From contig QPGO01000020.1 in NCBI GenBank assembly GCA_008632985.1, forward strand, positions 372,001-436,000: a DNA stretch of 64,000 nt, given 5' to 3'. This DNA is from Psammoneis japonica. Its lineage: Eukaryota. Position 1 is the stretch's first letter, and every line of letters begins with the position of its first letter. Both the position numbers and the translations under genes were made by a program. A model generated the notes under the pieces. The model did not search any database, had not been told where the DNA came from, and was given only the letters and a program-made list of their open reading frames with translations. Of this stretch, positions 13,139 through 25,600 are shown one piece after another.

Positions 13139-13933
13139 CTAGCAGGAATCGGGCTTGGTGTAGGAGCGAGATCTCTGCATTTTCCCTTTGCGGAACTCTT
13201 CGAGCTGATCAGAATGATCGTGAATGAGAGCGACGGCACAGTCATCGCTTCCAACGTGCTCAACCTGTACCCCCTTATAGGTGTACTTTGCATCCTTAAA
13301 TTCGTAGTCAGCGTATATGAGTTTCGTCTTGTCATGATTCTCAAAAAAGACCCGAAATAGTTCATCCCCTTGGCGGACACCTTCAGTTAAGCTCGTCATG
13401 TCTGTAACATGTTTTCGGAGAAGCTCACCGACATCAGTGTCATTCGAATACGTTGTAGCATTGACACCATACTCGGTTTTCAGCGCGACGCGCCAAATAA
13501 GCCCTTCTCTTCCTGCTCGTGCGAGGGACTGAATGGTGCTTTGGGCATCTGCCGTCATGCCGCCACCATTTCCCCTGCCACCGCCGCCGCCGGTCCAGCG
13601 TCCTCCTCCTCCATCACCACCACCCCAACCTCTTCCACCACCGCCTCCATCACCCCACCTCAACTTACGCATGGTATTCATCTTGGTCCACGCCCACCAC
13701 GAGGAGTCATCTCGAACATCTTGACGGTTCATGACGTCGGTGTGATACTGATCCATGGTTGAGCCAGCGACTTGTCTGCCACGTAGACGTTGTTTAAAGT
13801 GCTCAAGCTGCTCTTGAGTCATAAAATGGCTATGCAGAGCAATGACATCCTCGTCCGAAAGGAAGGCCATTGATGTTGGCAAAGCCAAAATAGCAAGGAG
13901 TGAGACTACAGTTGCAAAGCAGCGCATGTTCAT
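13139..13933 (-). CDS. Secreted protein with a Gly-rich linker and an internally duplicated C-terminal domain
   Basis: N-terminal signal peptide (MRCFATVVSLLAILALPTSMA), GGGGRGW linker, two copies of a GVxxTxxS(N/D)DxxVxxL(L/I)xxH motif. Confidence 0.8.
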   Translation of the reverse strand: MNMRCFATVVSLLAILALPTSMAFLSDEDVIALHSHFMTQEQLEHFKQRLRGRQVAGSTMDQYHTDVMNRQDVRDDSSWWAWTKMNTMRKLRWGDGGGGGRGWGGGDGGGGRWTGGGGGRGNGGGMTADAQSTIQSLARAGREGLIWRVALKTEYGVNATTYSNDTDVGELLRKHVTDMTSLTEGVRQGDELFRVFFENHDKTKLIYADYEFKDAKYTYKGVQVEHVGSDDCAVALIHDHSDQLEEFRKGKMQRSRSYTKPDSC

Positions 13934-15303
13934 TCCGTGAAGGGACTGATGTGTATGATTGTGTTGCGATTTTTGTCGTGTTGTGAAATTGTGAGAGAAG
14001 AAGCTTGATAACTCCGAAAAGTTTTAAAAAAAAAAGGCCTCTAAAGTGCGGTCCATGATGTTCCAGAAGCGTGTTCGGGTTCTCGTTCGTTTTCTCGGGG
14101 AATCTCTTTTTCCCGAATCAATCAACCCCCCGAACCCATGCGCCAGAGGCCCGCCCCAAGATGGTGACATCTCTTGAGTGTGAAACGACAATTTACAGTT
14201 TTGTAGCTTTTTCCTGGTTCTGCGTTCAGTTGGTGTCTTGAAACATGCTTCTCACGACGGAGAGTCTAATCACCAACAAGAACATTCATCGAGTCTGAAC
14301 CAGCAAATGACGAATGAGGGCGGCATTGAAAGGCACATGACGCCACTGGGGACGCGGGGGAAGAGCACCAACTATCCCAAAACGACGAAATCGTAACCCA
14401 TGGGATGGAACGCATGTCATACGTCTTCTCTTTCTCTACCAACCTGCCGATACAGCTGTGTTTTGATCGAGCGACGCACCAGAAAGTAGAATTCTTGAAT
14501 TTCTCATTACAAAAGACAGCAAAGAATCATTATTAGAAGGAAGATAGGACTGGAACAGAAGCTTGGAGCTCACCCTCACCATCTAGCTACCGTATCAACA
14601 TCGTTCGCTTGGTGCTTGCTGGTGTTTCAGTGTCAACGTTCGGCCGAAGGATGAAGTCTTGGTGTTAGTTTGGGCGTTCGTTGTTGGTTGTGGGTGGTCC
14701 ATCCATCATGAAGCTGTGTCTGACTGTGAAAATGGCGGGAAATTTATGTTTATTTTATTATTGATTACATAATAAAAAACGCGTCATTCAGCCAATCACA
14801 GAAAAACGTCTTGGTCCTTATTTTTATTTAGGAGAAGGTCATAAAAGACACCTGTACATTTCTACGTCCGATCGCGGGCGCGCCATTTTCTGCGAAGCAA
14901 GATCGGCATCATCATCGAGAGAGAGACAAAGAGCGAGGACGCGACCTCGCACATGCCGGTGTGTTTGCGGTGCTGTTGTCTGTTGTTGTCGTCATCGCTC
15001 GCTGGGTGGAATGTTATGACAAGCGGCAGTAGCAAACCGGCGATATGGCGTTTGAAGAGCACCATGAACGACAAAGAGATGAAACGAGTTTTGTAGCGGA
15101 AAAGAGTATGAAAGGTAATTGATCCGTTCGTAGTTCAATCCCGGCACGCTGACAAACGCTGACCTCTGACCTCTCGCTACTGTTTCCTCTTTCTACACGT
15201 TTTGCTTCTCCCTTCAGAGCTCCACAGTGTTGACAAGCCATGTTGTGACTCGGCAGACTCTTCTTTTCAAGCACCGTCTTTTGCAACTGGAACAACCTCT
15301 GAC

Positions 15304-18300
15304 ATGACTCGATCGCCTGCTAATTCGCCGATTCACGGTCGACGCGTTCACGAAGAAGAAACAGTCATTGCAACGCCTCTTTCGCCGAGAGAAGGGAGTG
15401 TCATGACGCCCTCCGAAATTTTGTTTAAAAATTTGAGGCCCTCGAGGCGCAGTGGGCTCGTCAAAAGACGCATGGGAAGCGCTGTGGTGATGAAATTCAC
15501 AAGCGGCTCTGGAAGCCTCGTCTCGACTAGTTCAAGTTGTTGGAACCCCGGACGCTTCGTCTACTCGCCGATACGAATCATTAGCAACACGATCCGTTTA
15601 TACAACAGGATGTATTCCCGAATCATCAAGCGTCTTTGATAGATTGTATTCTCACGGTAAATCACAAATGAAGGCAAGAAGACGACCAGATCGGAATGGC
15701 TTGCATTCTTCAACTCGCTCTCTCATGACACGTCAACGCGAAGCCCCGTCCATCAACGCATCCACCCTATCTTCTATATCAGTTGGCGAGTCTTCCTCTG
15801 TCTTTGAAAGATTGTACAGCAGCCCCAAAACGAAAACGAATCAGCATGAGAGAACGCCGCGTACGGAACAGAATGCGACATCATCGTTGGAACGCCGGTT
15901 GTCCTACACGCCATTTCCACTCAAGAAGCAGAAACCAAAAGAGCTGGACACGCATAATCGTGGCAGAGACGATGACGACTCTTCTGTCTTCAACAGGCTC
16001 TACCGTAATGAGAAAAGGAAAGAACGACTCTACCACTCACCACCAGCACCAACAATTAGGTCCTCTCGGCGAGCGGTACCTCGTTCAAGCACGCCGCCAA
16101 CGAAAATACCCAATCAAACGACAGCTTGTGTCGTATCCCATAATTTGCCGCAACAAACAAAAGAACAACATGCTGCTCTAACCATCCAAAGATTCACCAG
16201 ACAAAGACGACAGCAAGCCTTGGTGTCCATCAGCATTAGAACTTCCACACAGGCAATAGATGAAGCTGGGGTTGTCTCTTTGATCAGACAAGCAAGTGCA
16301 AGACGGATTCAGCGTTGGTTTAGGTACTGCATTCGCTACAAGCGCTTTCGTGAACAAAGCAGAGCATCCGGGATAGTCCCACGTCGCCGGCTCCTGTTCC
16401 CAGATGATGTCCACTACGCTGCAACCATTATCCAGTGTGCATGGAGACGTCACAAATCACTGATTGCGATTGTTTCAAAATGCTTACAGTCGTGGGAGGT
16501 CCTATTTGGTTTTGAGAATGGTCCCGTGTCATCCAATCGCATCTTGGCTCTAAAATATGTTGTACTGTCCCTTTCAAAGCCATTGGACTTGTCAATTGTT
16601 GGTGGATCACAGAAAACTTGAGGCTCAAATTCACCTGCGTTCAAATGGAATGGGAGCGCGAGGTGTGGATTCATTACGAGGAAAATGGCACGAATCATCG
16701 ATTGGAGAGCTGCGTCGTCAGCGTGAAGAGTATTGCCACCCGCACCCTCTTTCTAGACAAATGGAATCATCAAACGATTGCCATAATTTTGGTCAAGGCT
16801 TGTCTCATGCGAAAGCTAGAAGAATGTGAGGGGCGTTTGCACCACAATGCGGCTCTCTTGATTCAAACACGTGTGCGTGTTCTGCTTCGAAATAGAGTGG
16901 AAAGGATATCTCAGCGAGTGGAAGTTGAGCCGTCAATGTCGGGCCGAGCGTTCGATGCTAATGGGTACTCCAGCATTACGGGCAAAAATGCAATTACTGG
17001 TGATGAGAGAAGCGCTATCTTGATTCAAGCTGCGTTTCGGCGCGGCTTGGCGTTTCGCAAGTTTAGACGGGTACTTCGCGGTGTCACCCTCCTTCAAAGA
17101 CTGTGCCTTGAACGACAGTCACATTCCTGTCCACCTAGTCTTCAACAAGACAGCGCTGTCTGTGTAATTCAACGACGTTGGCGCAGATACATTTCTGGCA
17201 AAAGACAAAGATCATGGTATCTAGCAGCCGTCATTGTTCAAAGGTGGTGGAGAAGATCTGCTTATATGAATCGTGAGTTAGCCGCCGTTTGCATTCAAAA
17301 ATGGCAACGTCGTTTTGCAGTGCGAAAGAATTACGAGCGTGTGGTGAAATGCTGTGTGCTATTACAGGCACTATCGCGTGGGGCTCTGGCACGTAAATCG
17401 ATGGCGTTTGGAAAAGAGTGCGCCACTTTAATACAGCGAACATACCGCGGGTTTCGAGCAAGATCATTTGCAGCCCGAAGAGTGAAAAGTGCTCTAGTAA
17501 TCCAGTCTTTTCTGCGAAGAGTTTGGAGTCCAAGAATGCGCGCTGAAACGCGTGGAACGACCATCGCACTGCAGAGTCATTGTCGCGGTGTTCGTTTGAG
17601 GAGCGAGTTGCACGCCGTGCGAAGGGCGACCATTCGTTGGCGTATGCATAGAGCAGAATCATCAAAACACGCAGAGCTACTCAACATTAGAACAAAAAGA
17701 GTGGAGGCTACCACTACTATTCAGAATCATTGGAGGCGTTCTCTTGCCTACCGCCACATGCGGCAGCTTAAGTCAATTGTTGCGATCCAACGGTGTTGGA
17801 GACGGTTCTGGGTCCTGAAGCTTATCAAGACATCAGATCTGCAGCTGTCTTGATTCAGAGTCACTTTCGTTCTTGCTCGGCCAAGCATAGCTACAACAGT
17901 CTAATAAGCTCTTGCGTTCTTGCGCAGGCTACTATGCGAGGATGGCTGTCTCGAAGAAGACTCGTTTACGCATCCAATGCTGCCATCACCATTCAACATA
18001 AATGGCAGGAGCGTAAGGCTCTTGAGTTGCAAAGGGAATCTTTTTCGAAAATTCAGCATTGGTTAGTCTATGTGATTGCACGACGAAAGTGTCGCGAGGC
18101 TGCTATATGTATTCAAAAAAGCTGGAGACGTTTCTGGGTGCTGACGCTTCACAAACACACCAGATCTGCGGCTGTCTTGATTCAGAGTCTTTTCCGTTCT
18201 TACTTGGCCGAGCGAAGCTACAGTAGTCTTATAAGCTCTTGCATTGTAACGCAGGCGATTATGCGAGGCTGGTTGTCGCGAAGAAGACTCGTTTTACAAT

Positions 18301-21300
18301 CCAATGCTGCAATCATCATTCAACATATATGGCATGAGCGTAAGGCACTCAAGCTACAAAGAGTATCTTCTGCGAAAATTCTGCGTTGGTTGCTCGATGT
18401 GGTTGCACGACGAAAGTGTCGTGATGCCGCTATCTGTATTCAGAAGAGCTGGAGACGGTACTGGGTACTGAAGCGTTACCATCTTGCCAGATCAGCCGTT
18501 GTCTTCATCCAGAGTCTTTTCCGTTCGTACGTAGCCAAGCAGAGCTATCTCAGACTCGTAAGCTCTTGCGTTCTTGCACAGGCCATGGTGCGAGGGAGTC
18601 TTTCGCGAGGAAAACTCATTTACGAATCCAACGCTGCCATCATTATTCAGCAACAATGGAAATTCATACGGAAAAGAAAAGCTTTGGAGCTACAACGAGT
18701 ATCTTCTGCGAAAATTCAGCATTGGTTGCTCACTGTGATTGCGCGAAGAAAGTGTTGTGATGCTGCTACTCGTATTCAAAAGAGCTGGAGACGCTTCTGG
18801 GTACTGAAGCATTACAAACACACCAGATCCTCAGCTGTGTTGATTCAGAGTCTTTTCCGTTCTTGCGCAGCCAACCAAAGCTACTACAGTCTGGTTAGCT
18901 CTTGCGTTCTTGCGCAGGCTGTTGTGCGAGGAAGGCTGACGCGAGGAAAACTTGTTTACGAATCCAATGCTGCCATCATCATTCAACGTACATGGCAAGA
19001 GCGTAAGGCACTCGAGCTACAACGAGTGTCTTCTGCGAAAATTCAGGAGTGGTGGCTCGATGTGATTGCTCGACGAAAGTGTGGGGAAGCTGCCACTTGT
19101 ATTCAGAAGAGCTGGAGACGTTTCTGGTTACTGAAGCTTTACAAACACACCAGATCCGCAGCTGTCTTGATTCAGAGTCTTTTCCGTTCTTACGCAGCCA
19201 ACCAAAGCTACAACAGTCTGGTAAGCTCTTGCGTTCTTGCGCAGGCTATTGTGCGAGGAAGGCTGACGCGAGTAAAACTTGTTTACGAATCCAATGCTGC
19301 TATCATCATTCAACGCACATGGCAAGAGCGTAAGGCACTCGAGCTACAACGAGTGTCTTCTGCGAAAATTCAGGAGTGGTGGCTCGATGTGATTGCTCGA
19401 CGAAAGTTTTGGGAAGCTGCCACTTGTATTCAGAAGAGCTGGAGACGTTTCTGGTTACTTAAGCTTTACAAACACACCAGATCCGCAGCTGTCTTGATTC
19501 AGAGTCTTTTCCGTTCTTACGCAGCCAACCAAAGCTACAACAGTCTGGTAAGCTCTTGCGTTCTTGCGCAGGCTGTTTTGCGAGGAAGGCTGACACGAAG
19601 AATACTCGTTTTCCAATCCAATGCTGCCATCATCATTCAACGTAAATGGAAAGAGCGTAAGGCACTTGAACTACAACGAGTATCTTCTGCAAAGATTCAG
19701 CTGTGGTTGCTCGATGTGATTGCACGACGAAAGTGCTGGGATGCTGCTATCTGTATTCAGAAGAGCTGGAGACGCTTCTGGGTACTGCACCGTTACGAAC
19801 ATGCCAGATCAGCTGCTCTTTTGATACAGAGTCTTTTCCGTTCTAAAGCAGCAAGGCAAGGCTACAACAGCCTCGTAAGTTCTTGCATTCTAGCACAGGC
19901 CATTATGCGAGGAAGGCTGTCGCGAAGAAGACTCGTTTTACAATCCAAAGCTGCCATCATCATTCAACATAAATGGCAAGAGCGTAAGGCACTCAAGCTA
20001 CAACGATTGTCTTCTGCGAAAATTCAGCGTTGGTTGCTAAGCGTAATTGAACGACGAAAGCGTTGGAATGCTATCATTTGTATTCAGAAGAGCTGGAGAG
20101 GGTTCTTGGTACTGAAGTATTACAAGCACGCCAGATCTGCAGCTGTCTTGATTCAAAGTCGTTTCCGTTCTCACTTGGCCGTGCAAATCTACAACAGCCT
20201 GGTAGGGTCATGCGTTCTTGCGCAGGCTATTATGCGAGGAAGGCTGTCGCGAAGAAGGCTCGTATCCGAATCCAACGCTGTCATCGTTATCCAGCAGAAA
20301 TGGAAATCCATGCGGAAAAGAAAAGTTTCTGAGCTGCAACGTGTATCTTCTTTGAAAATCCAGCATTGGCTGTCCCGTGTAACTGCACGACGAAGGGATG
20401 CTGCAATCTGTATCCAGAAGGGCTGGCGTGTCGGACTGGCGACGCATAAGTTTCGAAGGCTCCGTAAGTCCAAGAATGCGGCCGCTACATTGATGCAGGC
20501 ATGTTGGCGAAGCCATGCTTCCGCAAAGAAGTCAATGATGATGGTCGAAGCAGCTGTAACGATCCAACGCTTCTGGATAAATCATGACAAAGTTCGATTG
20601 GCCGCCACCAAAATCCAAACTCTGCATCGCCGACGAGTTGCTCAGAATATGTATCAAATACGAATCCATGCGATTGTCCTTGTGCAGTCACATTGGCGTG
20701 GGAGATATGAAAAGATGAAGCTGCAGCTTAGTAGTCGCTTTGCTACGAAGATACAGAGCGTCTGGCGAGGCTCACAGATGAGGAAGTTGCTCAAGCGTGA
20801 GCGCGGAGCTGTTGTGTTAATACAGGCGTTAATCAGGAAAAGGCAAGCCATGAAGTATGGAGAAATTAGATCAGCCGCCATCCTAATTCAAAGCCTTCAG
20901 CGTCGACGAGTTGCACATAATGTGTATCAACGAGTCATCCACGCGACTATGTTCGTGCAGTCGCATTGGCGTGGAAGATACGATAGGATAGATTTTCAGC
21001 TTAGTCGTCATTGTGCTACAAAGCTACAATGCTTCTGGCGAGGCACACAAACGAGGGCAGTTCTCAAGTGTGAACGTGACGCCGCTGTGTTGATGCAGGC
21101 CATTGTCAGAAAGAAGCAAGCCCTAAATGTGTATCGACGACAGATTCAAGCGATTGTACTCGTGCAGTCACATTGGCGTCGGAAGCGTGATAGGACGAAG
21201 CTTCAGCTTTGTCGTCACCATGCCACAAGGGTCCAGAGCGCTTGGCGAGGCTCACAGACGAGGACATTGCTCGAGCGTGAGAGAGGCGCTGTTGTGTTGA

Positions 21301-22405
21301 TGCAGGCATTTATCAGAAGAAGGCAAGCTCTGATTTCATATCGTCGCCTTCGTCATTCTGCTGTTCTTATGCAGAGCGTCGCCCGCACAGCATTAGAGAT
21401 GCAGAGCAGTACATGGCGCTCAGCCTCGAAAATTCAAGTCGCATGCATGTGACCCAGCTTCGGTTTGGACGCATTCGAAAAGCAGTGGAAACCATTCAAC
21501 AAGTATATCTTCGATGGAGGACCAATCTTTTGCTGCTGACTGTGCGATCATCCTCGGTGCTTTTGCAGCTGAGCATCAACGGCACCCTTGTTCGCACAGC
21601 GAGGTATTTTGCGCTATGTCAAATCAATCGCTCCCGCCGAAGCATCGCCGCCTTTTTCATGGAACGGATCAACGATCCATGGACGTTGGCATACGTGCAC
21701 TGTTCCTGGTCAAGAGCAATAGGTATTGCAAGAGATTGTGCCTGCACCATGATTCAACGCGTCGTCCGGCGTAATCTCATCAACAAGTGCAGCTCGGTTC
21801 AACACAGTCCGGCCATTCATCCTACTTTTCACCATTTGCTCACTTATTGCAATAATCTACGAGGGGGTTGGAGGCACATAGACTGTGATGAGACTAGATG
21901 GCGATCGCACAAGCTGACTGACGGGCAAGGGCATAGACAGGCAGCCGTGCTTCAGTCATGGTTTCGATGCTACAAGGCATGCAATGAATATCGAAGCGTC
22001 CGGCAAGGGATAACTTCTCTTCAATCGCTTGTTCGTAAGCGTAGATCAAGTAGTGTCGTTGTCGGGCGTGGACAGCGAACCGCAAGAAATGTCGCTAGCG
22101 CGTCTTCGTCAGAGTTTCAAGCTGCAGCTCTGGCCTTTGAAACCTCCTGTCAATTGGAAAGAGAGCCTCGAAAACAAACATTATCGGCCTGTTGCGGTCC
22201 CGCACAAAATGAAGCATCTCGTAGAGCATTGGCGGACGCCACAGTGAAAGCCGAGGAGCTTTTGACGAAATTTCTCTTCAGCGAGAAGTCGGATGTAAGG
22301 GATGCGCATGGCCCATGCATGGCTCGCGTTGTTGAACGTGTAAAGTTAGTCAGGCTAAAAGAACACCACGCCATGGCGAGCGTGGGAGGTCGTTGTGATT
22401 CTTGA
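15304..22405 (+). CDS. Very large IQ calmodulin-binding repeat protein (ASPM-like repeat content), with about 4 frameshifts as assembled
   Basis: Dozens of IQxxWR/IQxxFR motifs and N-terminal SVF(D/E/N)RLY repeats. Consecutive ORFs join by frame changes near 15490, 16620, 17822 and 21430. Confidence 0.75.
17783..20430 (+). repeat. Coding tandem repeat, about 8 units of 327-336 bp (~109 aa, ~5 IQ-like motifs each)
   Basis: Anchor attca(g/a)aa(g/a)agctggaga recurs at ~18111, 18438, 18774, 19101, 19428, 19756 and 20083; the central units are nearly identical. Confidence 0.9.
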
Positions 22406-22639
22406 GATGTTGGCTCCGCAGAAGTGTTACTTACGCAGTCAGTGATTTGCCTGTGTTTTGTTACGACGGATGTCTACACGCTGAGATTAATGCAAGATTA
22501 GAGTAAGAGTTAGAGGAACTCCCTTTACTCATTAGACAAGCTTGCTCTAAGTGATGGAGCAAAGTGAAGACCGGCTCCTCTCTAGAGGGGCTACGAGTAC
22601 CTCTCTAGCTAGCGAGAGATTTTCTTCCGATACTTTTTT

Positions 22640-25600
22640 GTTGAGAGATGATGGGGACCATCGATTGAGTCGAGTGAGTCAATTTGTCAATTTCGTTCAA
22701 CTCGCAACGATCAAAGCATTGGTGAACATGCGTTGGAACCAGTCAAAAGTTGTTACTCCATTGTTTGTCAACATGTGCCCAATTCAAGAGGCACATCACA
22801 GTAATTCTCAGCCAAGTTGGCTGGTGTGTTTTTTCTTGGCACTCTTTGAAGCCAAATTAAAATGAGGGCAATGGTGCCAAAGAAATTGTTGCTGCATTGG
22901 CCAGCTGAAAATGATGACAGTGCCAAAGAAATTGCTGTGCTGCTCAATTGTGCAGGTGGCTGGTTTGTGTGGTGTGCTTCATTCAATTTTCTCTGGAAAG
23001 CTTTTGGGCATGACATCAACTGAAATTTTGGGCATGGCATCAAATGATTTTTTTTTAGATTGTCACATCATGTTGGAGTTGTGATGACTTGTCTCACCCC
23101 AAGCATGCTTTTGTGGCCAGTTGAAGAGCTCCAGCTGAACTTCCAGATGCAATGGTCTCAACATGCTTTGGTTTGGTTCAGACCCAGATCTCATTGACAA
23201 TGCTTCAAGGCTTCTTGACTCACCAGAAGTGAGTGCATTTTGAGCATGTCATGTTTGCTTGGAGCAATGTTGAGCTGAACAGACAGCTCCTGCCATTTGA
23301 GACATTTTAGAGCATGCCCAGTTGTCAGCACAGCTTCATCCCACACAGGAAACCTCATCCTGAGTCAACAGTCTGCTGCATTTGCTGCCAATGGTGATTC
23401 AAGCATCATGCCCTGTGCTTGCCATTGGAACTTTGATGACAGAGAAATTGCTGCTCATTGTTTGAATGAGCATCACGAACTTGGCAAGCTTGTCAAAGCA
23501 TCGTGAACTGTGTGTGCTCTTATTTTGTTTGAAGCTGAGCGCTTTTGGCATTGCTTTTCTGTGAATTTGGGAAGTTTTCCATGGAAACCTGCTGCAATGC
23601 CCCACCAAAGATCCTGTCAGCCCAAAATGCCTGACAGCAGCCAAATGTGTGCAAATTCATGCTCTCATCTGCGCAGGACTTCGCACATGCCTGAGAGGTG
23701 GCCAGCTCCTGGTGAAGAGAGACCTGTGAAGAGATGGAGGAGGTGCTGTCATGGCCATGCCCTCCCATTGTGTCACCATTGTGTTTGTTCACTCATTCAA
23801 GCCACAAGGTCAACCACGCATGACAACAGGAGTCCATCATTGCAGCCACATGCAAGCTTGCACTGGCAAGAGCACACAAAAGGAGACCGACAAACAGACA
23901 GAACTGTGTTTTCTTTTCCATGCTGTCATTTCATTTGTTGTCTCTCAAATCCATGCCACTTCCAATGATGGGATTGGACTCTTGGTCTTTCCTCAGAATT
24001 GGGCTCAGCTCTGATGACACCATTGCATGGCTCCGTTGTTCTGATTGCATGGCCATGTCCCATTGTTGGTTGGCAGGCAGTTGCATCTGGACTCTGTTTC
24101 CCCTGTGAGCTTGCCCATGGCCTTGAGTTTAATTCCACAATGAACTTCTCTTCTCAAGAAGAGGCACTCACATTGCTTTTGGAAACATCTGGAGCAACAA
24201 CATTGCTTCTTTTCTTGACCTGTGACTCACATGCACACCATTTCTTTGCACTTGTTTGGAGCCACTAAAACAACTGTCTGCCCCTCTTGAGCACCCCAAA
24301 TGCAGACAGTGCAAATGTTGTGCCCAGCTGTTTGCCAGGATTGGAATTCAACAAGATTGTGCTGGCCACTTGCGTGCACAATGTCAATGAGATTGGCATT
24401 TTGAAAGTGCAATGTGCAAGAAGACTCGTCCATTGGGAACAGTGGCCTCCAATGATGACAAGCACAAATGCAGCTTCTGCAAAGGAGCAAGAAATGCTGT
24501 GCAAGGATGCCAGACAATGAGATTTGCTTTGCCAAGAATGACTTGGCCATTTGTCAGAAGGCCCAAGTTTTGTGCATGGGCATGCTTGGACCACACCACC
24601 GCAATGGCTGTAGAAAAAACACAGGATGCATCCAAAGAAAAGCTGCTGTTGCACAATGTCTCACCCTCCATTTTTCTTGCTTGGGGAAACAGCCAACAGG
24701 ATGCAAAAAAAGAGCTGCACATCACTTTCAACCCAAGCAGAAAATGGTCAACGTTGAATGTGTTGAGATTGTTTTGATCATCAGGTGCTTGAATTCAAAA
24801 ACAAGGAATCCATTGGCTGTTGACAAGCATGTGAGATGTCCTCACATTGCATGGTGCAAGCACTGGTTGACAAGATTGAACAAGAAGAATTGCATGGATG
24901 ACACTCACTGGACAAAGTTGGTGCTTGATGGACCATGCACTGAATTGACAAAGGCTGTGTTGCATCTGCAAAAGGTGCAAGTTTCCACCAAGCACAGTTG
25001 AACATGCACAGCTTGAAAACTTTCTGCACGCCTGCCAAATGTTCCTGACACAACCATGCCATGTTTGTGAAACCCCAACTGAAAACTCTCCAACCAGAGC
25101 ACAGGTGTTAAGACCATCAAGTGTCTTGCTGCAGAAACAAGACTGGATTTGTCTGCACTCCAAACTCCACACTGTCCACCACTCAATGGTGCTTTTCAGT
25201 GCAAAATGGAATGTCAAGTCTGACAGGACATGCAAAATTGGTGCTTGAGATGGACCACATGCTGAATTGACAAAGGCCATGTTGTGAGTGTGAAAGGTGC
25301 GAGTTTCCACCAAGCACAATCAGCTTGAAAACTCTCCACACACCTGCCAAATGTTCCCAACACAACCATGCCATTTTTGTGAAACCCCAACAGAAAACTT
25401 TCCAACTGGCAAAGGTGTTAAAATCATCAAGTGCTTCATTGCAGAAACAAAACTGGATCCGTCCGCACTCCAAGTGCCACACTGTCCATGGCCAATGGTG
25501 CTTTTTGGTCCAAACTGGAACATTGAGTCTGTCGCAGAGTTTTCAATCCCACAAAGCTGACTCCAAAATGTTGAATGCAAAGGCACATGTTGTTGTGCAT

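Noticed and set aside
17783..20430. CRISPR-like or non-coding satellite array
   Set aside because: Units are in-frame coding IQ repeats of ~327 bp with no unique spacers.
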